Shown here: piece by piece, positions 1 through 11,333 of the stretch
Position numbering within the stretch: the stretch's first letter is position 1
Layout of the letters: every line of letters begins with the position of its first letter
Assembly: GCF_001194135.2 (NCBI RefSeq)
Contig: NC_068982.1
Coordinates: 125,005,332 to 125,050,115, forward strand
Direction of reading: 5' to 3'
DNA: 44,784 nt
From: Octopus bimaculoides
Taxonomy: Eukaryota
The notes under the pieces: generated by a model
What the model was told of the DNA's origin: nothing
The model's input: the letters and a program-made list of their open reading frames with translations, nothing else
Database searches by the model: none
Position numbers and translations under genes: made by a program

Positions 1-170
1 ATGTTTGTGTGCCTGTGTTTGTCACCCTACCATCGCTTGACAACCGATGCCGATTTGTTTACGTCCCCGTAACTTAGCAGTTCGGTAAAAGCAAAACGAT
101 AGAATAAGTACTAGGCTTACAAACAATAAGTCCTGGGGTCGATTTTTTAGACTAAATGCGGTACTCCAAC
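1..170 (+). mobile_element. SINE family C, 3' half (cut by window start)
   Basis: ccatcgcttgacaaccgatg...acgtccccgtaacttagc...aataagtcctggggtcgat matches the copies at 7126, 10770 and 11017. Confidence 0.85.
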
Positions 171-262
171 ACGGCTATAGAAGATACTTGACTAAGGTTC
201 CGTACAGCGGCATTGAACTCGAAACCTCGTGGTTACGAAGAGAGATTTTTAATCACATAGCC
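171..262 (-). mobile_element. SINE family C, tRNA-like head plus CORE-like segment, inverted and fused to the preceding 3' half
   Basis: Minus strand ggctatgtgatt...gagttcaatgcc...ccttagtcaagtatctt gives degraded A/B boxes plus a CORE-like motif, similar to 11270-11333. Confidence 0.7.
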
Positions 263-2324
263 CAGGGAATGGACATAATAATGCAATAACGAAAAAAATT
301 CACTGACCTAAGCATTGAAACTGTACTGTCCACTCATCTAAACAGGAACTTTACTCTCTTCAACTGTTCGTAAACATTTACATCATTCTTGGTGATGAAT
401 AATACTTAATTATAAGCTAATATTATCTCTTGACGCTTAAATAAATTGGAAATTGCAATTTCAAAATATTTTTACAATGTTTACTATGTTTTTCTGCCAC
501 CAATATACTGCCTAAATAAACATCGGTTCAACTAAAAGTTAAGCAAGGGTTGCTGGAGAAAATGAAGCTTTATTCACCAACAATCTACAGGCAAAAATGT
601 CGATTTTTGGTGAATGCTTTCACTTCTGCAGAAAGTAATTAATAATAAATCTATATATCACCCAAATGTGATAGGATCAATCGACTGTCATTTTCGTAAT
701 CATAGCTATCTGTCAATACATGAATGAAATGGAAACTTTGACGCATGGTCTTTCTCAATTGCATCGACAACGCAACTGAAGTGAAATAACTCTATGAACC
801 GAAACTGATTCTCTACTTTTCACTGTTTACTACAAGACCAAGGTATAAAAGTAACTGAGAATAAGATAAAGATAGCACGAAATATCCTTTCGTGCTATCT
901 CAGTTTATGTTTTCTATCTTCAACCTCTTCTTCTTAAGTACGCATATTTCTACAGCAGCAGAAAATAACCTGTTTAATCAAATGCAGCGAAGTAGCAGAA
1001 CGATATTATATACGGCAGGTATGGATAACTTTATCAATAGTTAATCATTCGAATTTATTAAAGCATGAATAAAATGTCCCTTGCAACAATAGTTGATTGT
1101 AGTGAATTGAACAGCTGTTTATTGGGTTTGGCAGCTGTTCTAAGAAGAGAGTGGGTGGTTTACCGAAATTGCTTATATTGCTTGCCATCTAAATGTTATG
1201 GCACATTTAATATTGCTGATTATCTCGGCTGCCCCAAATTCTCGATTCTTACGTCAGTATACTATCGATAAACCATACGTATGAAGCAAGATGTGTCTGT
1301 TTATCATTATTTCTTTAAAAATATATTGTGTTTAGAGTTACAATGATTGCACCAGGTGGAAAATTGAACGCAAGTTCATGGTGAAGCGAAGAATATTAAA
1401 TAAAAGTACATCAATGTTTTGGAATAATTAACTAACTTCACGATTCATCATCCGATTTGGTAAATCCCACGTACACACAGAGGACACGCATGATTATTTG
1501 AATTTCTGCAAGGATAGGAGGCAATTCCGGACACCTTTGATCATATTAGACAATTAGAACTCCTCAATGAAGCAACGGGTTTACAGTACTTACCAAAGTA
1601 ACGAGGGAGACTCCTACCGCGAATTTTCTAATCAGCGTTTCTAATTAGATTTTCAATGCCCGCTACAACATATATACTAACATTAACGTAACTACTGCTT
1701 TGCATGAGGACGGCATCTCTGGGTGTTAAACGTCAGGGATTAATCGTTCAGAGAGTTGTGAATGTTTGTTCTCATGTCGTGAGCATCGCACTGCTACAGT
1801 AATAAAAAAAAATGGCTAAAAGATTAATCGACCGATACTGCATTGCAGTCAGTTAAGCATTCATTGAATATTACATATTCCTGTTTTTCAGATGTGTCTG
1901 CGTCATTTTAGCAACCTGTGACGTAACGTTCTTTGTGGGTTTATTGGCTAACAAAAATGGTGATGGAACATGGTCACTCGTTGTTTACGTTCGTCCTTCA
2001 TTCTCTGAAGATGTTCATAATGTGGGTCCTGAGGTGGCTTATTAGATCAATATTAACATAAAATCCACGATTACTGTGAAGATACATAGCAGAATCAGGA
2101 CCCAGTGGGACTCTTGCATCCCGCGCAACCTTCTCCTCTTTGGTTCATTCGTTGTTAGAAATAGCAGTCAGATTCCACTCATATCACATTCTACCGTCTT
2201 TAAAATAAACGACAAATACATTATTATATAGTCTCAAATAAAGTGTGTCTGATAAGATGAAACGGTCATGACTCGAGTGACGCACTAAAAATCCTGCCAA
2301 CTCGCCACCTTGTCGGAGCCATTT

Positions 2325-2713
2325 GTTGTTGTTGGCACTCCGTCGCTTACGACGTCGAGGGTTCCAGTTGATCCGATCAATGGAACAGCCTGCTCGTGAA
2401 ATTAACGTGAAAGTGGCTGAGCACTCCACAGACACGTGTACCCTTAACGTAGTTCTCGGGGATATTCAGCGTGACACAGTGCAACAAGGCTGACCCTTTG
2501 AATTACAGGCACAACAGAAACAGGAAGTAAGAGTGAGAGAAAGTTGTGGTGAAAGAGTACAGCAGGGTTCGCCACCGACCCCTGCCGGAGCCTCGTGGAG
2601 CTTTTAGGTGTTTTCGCTCAACAAACACTCACAACGCCTGGTCTGGGAATCGAAACCGCGATCCTATGACCACGAGTCCGCTGCCATAACCACTGGGCCA
2701 TTGCGCCTCCACA
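2325..2713 (-). mobile_element. tRNA-derived SINE family A (OR1-like), full length with (CAA)n tail
   Basis: Minus strand TGTGGAGGCGCAATGGCCCAGTGG (A box)...GGTTTCGATTCC (B box)...GGAGTGCCAACAACAAC; near-identical copies at 14100, 29290 and 42435. Confidence 0.92.
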
Positions 2714-2724
2714 AAAGTGTGGGA

Positions 2725-2843
2725 TGCTTACAGCACCTAGGTTTCCCAAGCGGTCACCCATCTAAGTACTCACTAGGCTCGACGTTGCTTAACTTCGGTG
2801 ATCGGACGAGAACCGGTGCTCTCAGTGTGATATGGCTGTAAGC
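2725..2843 (-). rRNA. 5S_rRNA: Full-length 5S rRNA copy, probably a retropseudogene within a chimeric retroposon
   Basis: Minus strand GCTTACAGCCATATCACACTGAGAGCACCGGTTCTCGTCCGATCACCGAAGTTAAGCAACGTCGAGCCTAGTGAGTACTTAGATGGGTGACCGCTTGGGAAACCTAGGTGCTGTAAGCA. Box A (AGTTAAGC), box C (AGATGGGTGACC), perfect 9-bp helix I, then a TTTT terminator. Confidence 0.95.
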
Positions 2844-3414
2844 CGGAACCATTTAATAACGCGTAAAACAGTTAAAATTGACTCTTAATTTATTCCGTGA
2901 AATAAATTTAAAATGAATCTAGGAATTTTCTGAGGTATTTAAAGGCTAGGATAGCTCTCCCATACAGTAATTGCTCCAGTTTCAACAAACGATTTCAAAT
3001 CATTTACTAGATAAATGCAACTCTGAAATATGCATTATTCAGAAACTAAACATATTTGGACTTGAACGTAGATTGCTAGTCATATGTTTATGAATGATTC
3101 TATGAAAATAAGCGAGGCATAATAGGTTCGGTTGTTCTAATGTCTGTTAAGTGAGTAGTTCTCATACGGAAAGCGGATTTCACTGAAACTGAGCCATTTT
3201 ATTTTGGTTTAGTATATCATTGTTTATTATGTAAACCTTCAATTACGAAATCGGTTTTCACGCAGCAAACAGTAAAAAAAAAAAAATAAATTTAAAAAAA
3301 AGATCTTGACAATTACTTGGTGTGTTCGTAAAAAGTATATTCTCAGCTATTCTTCAACTTGCTAGTTCATCTTAGTATGCAACGAATTGACTTAATAGAT
3401 GGTTTTTGATTCAG

Positions 3415-3417
<3 letters not shown>

Positions 3418-3488
<71 letters not shown>

Positions 3489-3588
3489 TGTATGTATGTA
3501 TGTATGTATGTATGTGTGTATGTATGTATGTATGTATGTATCTATGTATGTATTATGTATTATGTATGCATGTATGTATGAATGTATG

Positions 3589-3680
<92 letters not shown>

Positions 3681-3745
3681 GTATGTATGCATGCATGTAT
3701 GTGTGTATGTATGTGTGTATGTATGTATGTATTATGTATGTATGT
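3418..3745. repeat. Compound (TA)n/(TATG)n microsatellite
   Basis: Read directly from the sequence. Confidence 0.95.
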
Positions 3746-4651
3746 ACACATGCACAAACATGATATTGAACCTATAGAGATACGGCTTACTTGGATGTAT
3801 GTATATGTAATAAATGGAGAACTAAATAGATATTTTTGATTATTGATTGAAGAAAATGTTGCAGCTAGCTCAGCTGGTTAGATTATATATATATATATTT
3901 TAAATACATCAAAAACTTCGTTTTTCACTTCCTCTAAAAATTTCCTCCAGACATTTTGAAATATATTTCAATCAACAACTAGAGGAAGGTGTATTTATTG
4001 ATTACAAACTCTACCCCTGCACATCTTTGATTAAAATCACAGTTTGTTTTTGATAACATCTTTTTTCCATTATTGATTTGATTTCCAATGTAAAAAGAGA
4101 AACAACGTAATTTTAATGATATAAACCGAACAAAATGTGGAAGCCAAACAAATTAAAGGCAGTAGATCGTAAGCAAAGTAGCATATTGATTATACAGATC
4201 GAATTAAAATTCGATTAAAGCATAATTTTCTTTTTAAAATGTAACTATTTTGTAAATATATTATTTTGCTTTGATTGTTTGATTTCCTAGGAAACTTGTA
4301 AAAAAAATGCTAAAGAATTCTTGTTCTTTATACTTTCTCATTCAGTGTCAATGTGAACTTGTGTGCGATAACACTGATGTATAAGAGTATTCACTGAATA
4401 TTGTTTGAAATTTTAATTTAAATAATTTAGAGTTTAATTATAAAAAAAAGCAGCCAGTAGGAAATTCGTGGCAATAACGGAATGGTATGGAATAGGACCA
4501 AAAAGAATAAAGATATCAGTTTCGTTAATTATTATCATTACCACTATGCCAGTGTTCAGAGAAAATCAGATCAAATACAAAGAATGGTATCATAATTCGA
4601 AATGGAAGCAATCACACAAGGGGAGATTTTTTTCTGTTTGTTAATATGATT

Positions 4652-4880
4652 TAGAAGTCACAGTTCCGGTACAATGAACATGTGGTTAGAATATCGTGTG
4701 AAAGGATCGCAAGACAAATTCTTGAAGCCAAACCAAGAAAGAGATGGTTAAATAACATCCATAGTCTCAGTTGGTCACGCTTTGGAATCCAGCAGGGAAG
4801 TGTAATGAGGTTTACTTCTGATAGGACCCTATGGAGAACAGTGCCTGAAAGCTGCACCCCGACAACCTCTCAGGAATAGT
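4652..4880 (+). mobile_element. RTE-clade LINE 3' ORF fragment (decayed)
   Basis: Translates KSQFRYNEHVVRISCERIARQILEAKPRKRWLNNI...DRTLWR, matching the RTE C-terminal pattern QLRWxGHVxRM...RPRKRW...DRxxWR. Confidence 0.8.
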
Positions 4881-4929
4881 AGGCCATGGAAATGGATGAA
4901 TAGAAGAAAGATTCAGATACTATTTGTAT

Positions 4930-5075
4930 AATTCAGTCGATTGGCAGAGACAGAGCATCGAATAGAATACGTTGCGATATTTGTTTTTATGTCTCGGCGC
5001 GCTCAGTTCAAATCTCGCCGAGGTTAAATTTAGTTTTCACGTTTTCGAGGTCGATAAATAAAGTACGATAAAGTA
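4930..5075 (+). mobile_element. SINE family D, degraded fragment
   Basis: cagttcaaatctcgccgagg...ttcgaggtcgataaataaagtac. Confidence 0.7.
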
Positions 5076-6168
5076 CACTTAGCATTCCACGCTTTCATCA
5101 AATGTCAGATCCTGGATGTTTTCCTGTGTCTAAGATCAGAGGGTTGGCAAGGTCCCTGTGTCTGCTCGCGACTACGTGAACACCTAAAACAGTTAGCGGA
5201 AACGTAGTACGTGCACCAAATCATCCCCGATTTCAAGTAACAGTGATGCCATGGTAAAAACGCAAAAGCTCTCTTAAGATGCGACGGAAAAGTGTTGTAC
5301 CTATAGTAACTACGTTTCAGTACATATAAGAGTATGAAGACTATACCTATTGTTGAAAAAACTTCTCTTAAACGAAAAGTTAGCCCTCTAGCAATCATAC
5401 AACATACGAACTTACCTCAATTCTCAGACCTCACTAAATAAGTTTTGCCAAAGCATATCACCACCTTTTTGCACACTAAAAGCAGTTAACTCTTTGCCTG
5501 CCCAAAGCATTTTCATAAATTTATCCTAAACATTCATGCTTGTTTTCAAACTTTTACTCAGCCCCAATTTCATACCTTCTGAGTAATATAAAGCTTTTTC
5601 TTTTCATAAGCCCCAAGTTATGCTGGTGGTTGAATAAAATTGGGACTGCACTTCATATATGATGTATGGACACTATAAAAAGAAATCCTATGTATCACAT
5701 GATACTAAGGACAGGCAAAAAGTTAAAGGAAAAGAAAAGGGTGAGTAGATAAAGCTTGAATTTTCCTATTATTCCATGTTATGTTTTAATAAGTGTTTGA
5801 GAGAGAGAGAGGGGGGAGGGGTGTGAGAGAGAGAGAGTGTGTGTGTGTGTGTGACAGACAGATAGTTAGAAAAGCATCATCATAATTAACTCAGAGATCA
5901 TTCTAATTTTGTGGCATGAAAATATGTGTGTGCCATTCATGTCAACTTCTATTCTTTCACAAACTTGATGTCTTGCTGGGACATTTAGTAAGTCTCATAT
6001 TTCCTGACATTGCTGAAATCTTATTCATCATCTTTAAACACAGTTTATCTGAGGCTAATCCAAGTACTTAATAAGGTTATAACAACTTCTTGTGGGAGGT
6101 TTGTTTACTTTCTTTATGATTTCAAGTACGACACGCTCGCACTCACCCCACTCTCTCTCATTCACCTA

Positions 6169-6204
<36 letters not shown>

Positions 6205-6466
6205 GTCGATCTGTCTGTCTGTCTGTGTCTCTCTATCTATCTATTTGTCGATCTAATTATCTGTCTGTCTGTCTCTCTCTCCCCCCTCTCTCTCTCCAAC
6301 AACTGAAATGACTCATAAGGCTGAGCATATTGGTTTTCTTCCACATAGACGCAAGTATGACTATGGTTAAGAAATTCGCTCACAACAATGTAGTTTAGGG
6401 TTCTGTCTCATTGTGTACCAGTTTGGTATTTAAGATGCTTATATATATATATATATATATATATAT

Positions 6467-7120
6467 NNNNNNNNNNNNNNNNNNNNNNNNNNNNNNNNNN
6501 NNNNNNNNNNNNNNNNNNNNNNNNNNNNNNNNNNNNNNNNNNNNNNNNNNNNNNNNNNNNNNNNNNNNNNNNNNNNNNNNNNNNNNNNNNNNNNNNNNNN
6601 NNNNNNNNNNNNNNNNNNNNNNNNNNNNNNNNNNNNNNNNNNNNNNNNNNNNNNNNNNNNNNNNNNNNNNNNNNNNNNNNNNNNNNNNNNNNNNNNNNNN
6701 NNNNNNNNNNNNNNNNNNNNNNNNNNNNNNNNNNNNNNNNNNNNNNNNNNNNNNNNNNNNNNNNNNNNNNNNNNNNNNNNNNNNNNNNNNNNNNNNNNNN
6801 NNNNNNNNNNNNNNNNNNNNNNNNNNNNNNNNNNNNNNNNNNNNNNNNNNNNNNNNNNNNNNNNNNNNNNNNNNNNNNNNNNNNNNNNNNNNNNNNNNNN
6901 NNNNNNNNNNNNNNNNNNNNNNNNNNNNNNNNNNNNNNNNNNNNNNNNNNNNNNNNNNNNNNNNNNNNNNNNNNNNNNNNNNNNNNNNNNNNNNNNNNNN
7001 NNNNNNNNNNNNNNNNNNNNNNNNNNNNNNNNNNNNNNNNNNNNNNNNNNNNNNNNNNNNNNNNNNNNNNNNNNNNNNNNNNNNNNNNNNNNNNNNNNNN
7101 NNNNNNNNNNNNNNNNNNNN
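6467..7120. other. Assembly gap (N run); further gaps at 11803-12370, 13599-13608, 19232-19397, 20711-21542, 22784-23441, 24946-25929, 32778-33555, 41467-41476
   Basis: Runs of n, most abutting microsatellites. Confidence 0.99.
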
Positions 7121-7125
7121 CACAC

Positions 7126-7325
7126 ACACACACCATCGCTTGACAACCTATGCTGGTATGTTTACGTCCCCGTAACTTAATTAACGGTTTGGCAAAAAGA
7201 GACGGATAGAATAAGTATTAGGCTTACAAAGAATAAGTCCTGGGGTCGATTTTCTCGACTAAAGGTGGTGCTGAAGCATGGCCGCAGTCAAATGACTGAA
7301 ACAAGTAAAAGAGTAAAAGAGTAAA
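7126..7325 (+). mobile_element. SINE family C, 3' half with (GTAAAAGA)n tail
   Basis: caccatcgcttgacaacc...gcatggccgcagtcaaatgactgaaacaagtaaaagagtaaaagag. Confidence 0.88.
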
Positions 7326-9339
7326 GAGTATATAACAACTGAAGTACATATGTATGTGTGTGTGTGTGTGTGCGCGCGCGCAAGGATATGTAAGCATATT
7401 TCTATGTATATGCGTGTGTGTCTATGAGCAGATCCATCTATGTATTCATGTATGTGCGTATGTAGAGAACTTTTTGCATAAAGGCAAGAGTGATTCCTAC
7501 GAAACGAAGATATTTATATTCCCTCTTTCATCCGTTCTCAATGCAACTATATAAATAGATATACATATATATAGATAGATATAGATATAAAGCAAGTGAT
7601 AAGACGCAAACATTTTGCTAGACATTATTTCTTCGTCTACTTAAATATAAGTGGAAAATAATAGCTTTTGTCTTGCCGCGGAGAATAGTATATTACGGCT
7701 ACAATTTTGCTTTATATTCAATCTAATTATTCTTGTGAAAAGCAGCAAAATGCTGCCGCTTTTGTTTCTTTATGTATTTTACACTTTCCAGCTGACCACA
7801 TGTGTTTTGAGAGCAATCTTGAAAGGACAGTCACGTGATCAATTCAGTCCTTGACATTTTCTCTTACCCTTCCCGCTTTATTGATGGCATCGTAATCTCA
7901 CTCTGCCACCACTTCAGAAAACATCAGTACAGTCTAAGAAAAAAAGAAATAATAAAAAGGTCAGGCCTGATTTAGTTTTCGGTGTTCTTAGAAAGTATTA
8001 TCTTAGGCATTTGGTTTGTAGTTGGTTATTCTTATGTTTGACACAATAAAAGAATTATATTTGTATTGCTTTTGTAATTACAAACTGTTTATCTAATCAC
8101 GTGATTTTTGGTATTCAAGGCTATGAAATATTCCATGACTTCATTTCTTCCTTTCTTTCTGTCTTTCTTCCTTTCTTTCTTTCTTTCGTTCTTTCTTTCT
8201 TTCTTTCTTTCTTTATTTATTTATTTAGCCCTTTGGTATTTCAGAAAAAAATTACTTGCGTTGCCAACCGCAGAACAAAATGCTAAACAGAAAGAGCTAA
8301 ACATTTCTATTTCAGCAAAACGTTTACATACAGATATACATACAAATAGTATATGAAGAGGTGCTCTTAAATATATATATGTGCATGTATGCGTGAATTG
8401 AAAATTAATGGAATATTTGAAAGTGTGTGTGTGTGTTTAATATTACTGCTGCTAATTTCTATATTTAATCGTTGTTAGAATTTGATTTATTCTTAATCTT
8501 TTTCTTCTTATTCGTTATTCCGAGATAATGCAATACCAGGTCCATAATTGCTTTTCGACTGTAGGTTAGAGCTAATTGAGAGAAATAAATGTTTATGCTG
8601 AATTGCTGTGGATTAATGATTGGAGGAAACGCCTACATTAAGAAGGAAGTTTTATGCAATTCTGTCGAGTAATAAGAGGGTAGAGTGTTTAGTTAGAGTG
8701 TAAGATACATTGATGATGTTAAATAAGAGGAAATAGTTAACTGGTCTTTGCTTAGATAGAAGTAAGAGGTTCAAATAATCTAGATTTGTGTTAACAGTTT
8801 TTTTTTTTTAATGGTTTAATCAGAGAAAGAATTCGAGCATCCTTAACCTTTTTCAAGCCTCTGTAACTGACGGCAAGAATAGAAGTCATTATCAGACCAA
8901 AGAGCTGGTTCGAATATTTGCAGCCGAGTGGATTCTACTAATGGCATCCAATGGCCACCAGGTTAAGCAGAGCCACAGAATTAGTCTGCCATCACAAGAA
9001 CAGGCACGCTACCGAGACAAACAACCTGCATTTCGGAAGTATCAAAGCTGTTCAGTAACTCTTCGAAGATGCTGAAATCGTCGTTCAGTCAAAAGCTGAC
9101 AAAGGAAATATTCCGCAGTGTAAACTATGTGTAATGTATATGTATGTGTATATGTGTGAGTGTGTGAGTGTTGTAACTTTGCTTTAAAACGTTATATCGA
9201 GATTATGACTGTACTCAAGGTTCATCTTTTTCATTAAGCATCTTTCGTATTTTCTAGCTATTGTTTAGTTTGGAGCTATAAATTTCTTCGATCTTATATT
9301 CTGGGTTAAGCGATTGTTCTTGGATTTAATTATTGCCAT

Positions 9340-9520
9340 TTTTAAAGGCAGTGGATTGATTAGCATAATCGATAGAGCGTCGGGAAAAATACATTGCAGT
9401 ATTCATTATGGCTCTTCACATTCTGAAATCAAATTCTGTCAAGTTTATTCCGAAGCCGATAAAGTAAAGTACCAGTCAAGTACCATGGAATCGATTATTC
9501 CCACCTCACCTAAAGTAAGA
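9340..9520 (+). mobile_element. SINE family D, old degraded copy
   Basis: cacattctgaaatcaaattc...gccgataaagtaaagtaccagtc. Confidence 0.55.
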
Positions 9521-9857
9521 ATCATGGAAATGATGTTGTTACTGATTAAATTGACATCGCCAATTTGCGTTTTTTAATTTATTATTTGGCGACCGTTAAT
9601 TCCGTACTTTCTGCTTTCATTGATTAGTGCCTCTTCTTAATTTGTTACTCGGGAGCTGTAGTATTATGTTTTAATTTTTGGCTTATTCTTTGCTATCACT
9701 AAATATTCCATAACTATTTTTCTTTCTCTTGCTATTAAAAATCTTATATAAGATGGTTTTATTGGCGTTTTACTTCCAGTTTTCTTTCGTTTCTTATGGA
9801 ACATGTAGCCTCGTTTATCACTGATCCAGAGAAAAACAGTTCGTTCAACTGTGAACC

Positions 9858-10100
9858 ATGTTCAGCTTATCACGGATTGCTCATACCGCAAAAAATTACG
9901 CCAGCGACTACCCAAAAGGCTCAGCTGCTCAGGATGCGCTGGCTATCTCTTGTGTTTATATGACCGTGCCGCTAACCTGCGTATTCCTTATATGGATTTA
10001 CGTGTTGTTACCCATCAACACGAGACCAGTGGAAAGAAAAAATATGCAAGTCTCTAATGTTGACAAACAACGCAGACGAGCGCATTCTATACTGGAAAAG
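9858..10100 (+). CDS. Candidate first coding exon (81 aa, one hydrophobic segment), unidentified
   Basis: ACCATG start, open frame with ALAISCVYMTVPLTCVFLIWIYVLLPI, phase-0 donor AAG|GTAAAA; no homology recognised. Confidence 0.2.
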
Positions 10101-10664
10101 GTAAAAACGATTCAAAAATATGCAATGGCGAAAGATTCGCAGCTATGGCCAACAAATATGATGTCAATGAATATAGTATTTGCTCCATTTAAAAGATAAT
10201 GGAGATGCTTCATTTATCACGGATTCATGTATCATTGTGATTTAAAAAAAAAATCAAACACCCATGATAAACTTGAACACGTATTATATTTTGCATTCGC
10301 TCCTTGTAAAGGCATGCTCAGTAGGCGAGAAATTGTACTTGTTTTTGTCTGTTTGTCAGTTTGAATCAACATTTACATTTTTCATTTTTACACTCAAATG
10401 TACGTCGCATTAGTCATCCGAAGAATGATTTCTAACTTATGAATTTACGGCTTCCTGTTGATGAGTAGGTTTTGAATTCCGGTATTTTAAAAAATTATTC
10501 TTACTGTTAATTAGTGTTTGAGTGTAATTACATGTTGTGTTGTGTTCTATGAGATGTAGAGTGTAGATGTATGTTAATTTAAGACAAATGACGTTTCACT
10601 TCGAGTTTCAAAATTCCAAAGAAGCATCACTAGTCCTGTAAGTTTCAACTTGATAAACATATAC

Positions 10665-10697
<33 letters not shown>

Positions 10698-10769
10698 CGT
10701 ACGTACGTATGTATGCATGTATGTATGTATGTATGTATGTTATACATATATATGTATATATAAATATAT

Positions 10770-10992
10770 GTGTGTGTACCTTTGTGTTTGTATTTGTCCC
10801 CCACTACAGTTTGACAACCGGTGTTGGCTTGTTTACGTCCCTGTAATTTAACGGCTCGGCAAAAGAGTCCAATAGGACAAATACTGGGCTTTAAAAAAAT
10901 AAGTACTGAGGTCGATTTGTTCGATTTAAACACTTTCAGGCGATGCCCCAGCATGGCCGCAGTCCAATGACTGAAACAAGTAAAAGATAAAA
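10770..10992 (+). mobile_element. SINE family C, 3' half
   Basis: tttgtcccccactacagtttgacaacc...gcatggccgcagtccaatgactgaaacaagtaaaagataaaaga. Confidence 0.85.
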
Positions 10993-11016
10993 GATATATA
11001 CATATATGTATTTCTC

Positions 11017-11333
11017 TTTTTTCTGGAGCACCGCCTTTAGTCGAGCAAATCGACCCCAGGACTTATTCTTTGTAAGCCTAGTACTTATTCTGTCGGTCAT
11101 TTTTGCCGAACCGCTCAGTTACGGGGGACGTAAACAAACCAGCATCAGTTGTGAAGCGATGTTGGGTGGGACAAACATATACACACACATACACATATAC
11201 ATATATACGACGGGCTTCTTTCAGTTTCTGTCTACCAAATCCACTCACAAGGCTTTGGTCGGCCCGAAGCTATAGTAGAAGACACTTGCCCAAGGTTCCA
11301 CGCAGTGGGACTGAACCCAGAACTATGCTTACC
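11017..11333 (-). mobile_element. SINE family C, near full length (B box, CORE-like segment, internal microsatellite, 3' module)
   Basis: Minus strand gggttcagtcccactgcgtggaaccttgggcaagtgtcttctactatagc; CCTTGGGCAAGT is the CORE-SINE signature. Confidence 0.88.

Noticed and set aside
1892-2033. Plus-strand exon candidate CVCVILATCDVTFFVGLL...
   Set aside because: Good acceptor but weak donor (GTGGCT) and no recognisable homology.
3399-3777. Many ORFs of YI/MYV/HT/CV/poly-L/poly-D type here and across the window
   Set aside because: They are translations of microsatellites with no splice or homology support.
5105-5398. 97-aa minus-strand ORF with nearby splice-like signals
   Set aside because: No recognisable domain, and candidate exon frames contain stops.
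6395-7175. Long ORFs spanning N gaps (also 11602, 20596, 22498, 24911, 32710)
   Set aside because: Artefacts of unknown bases.
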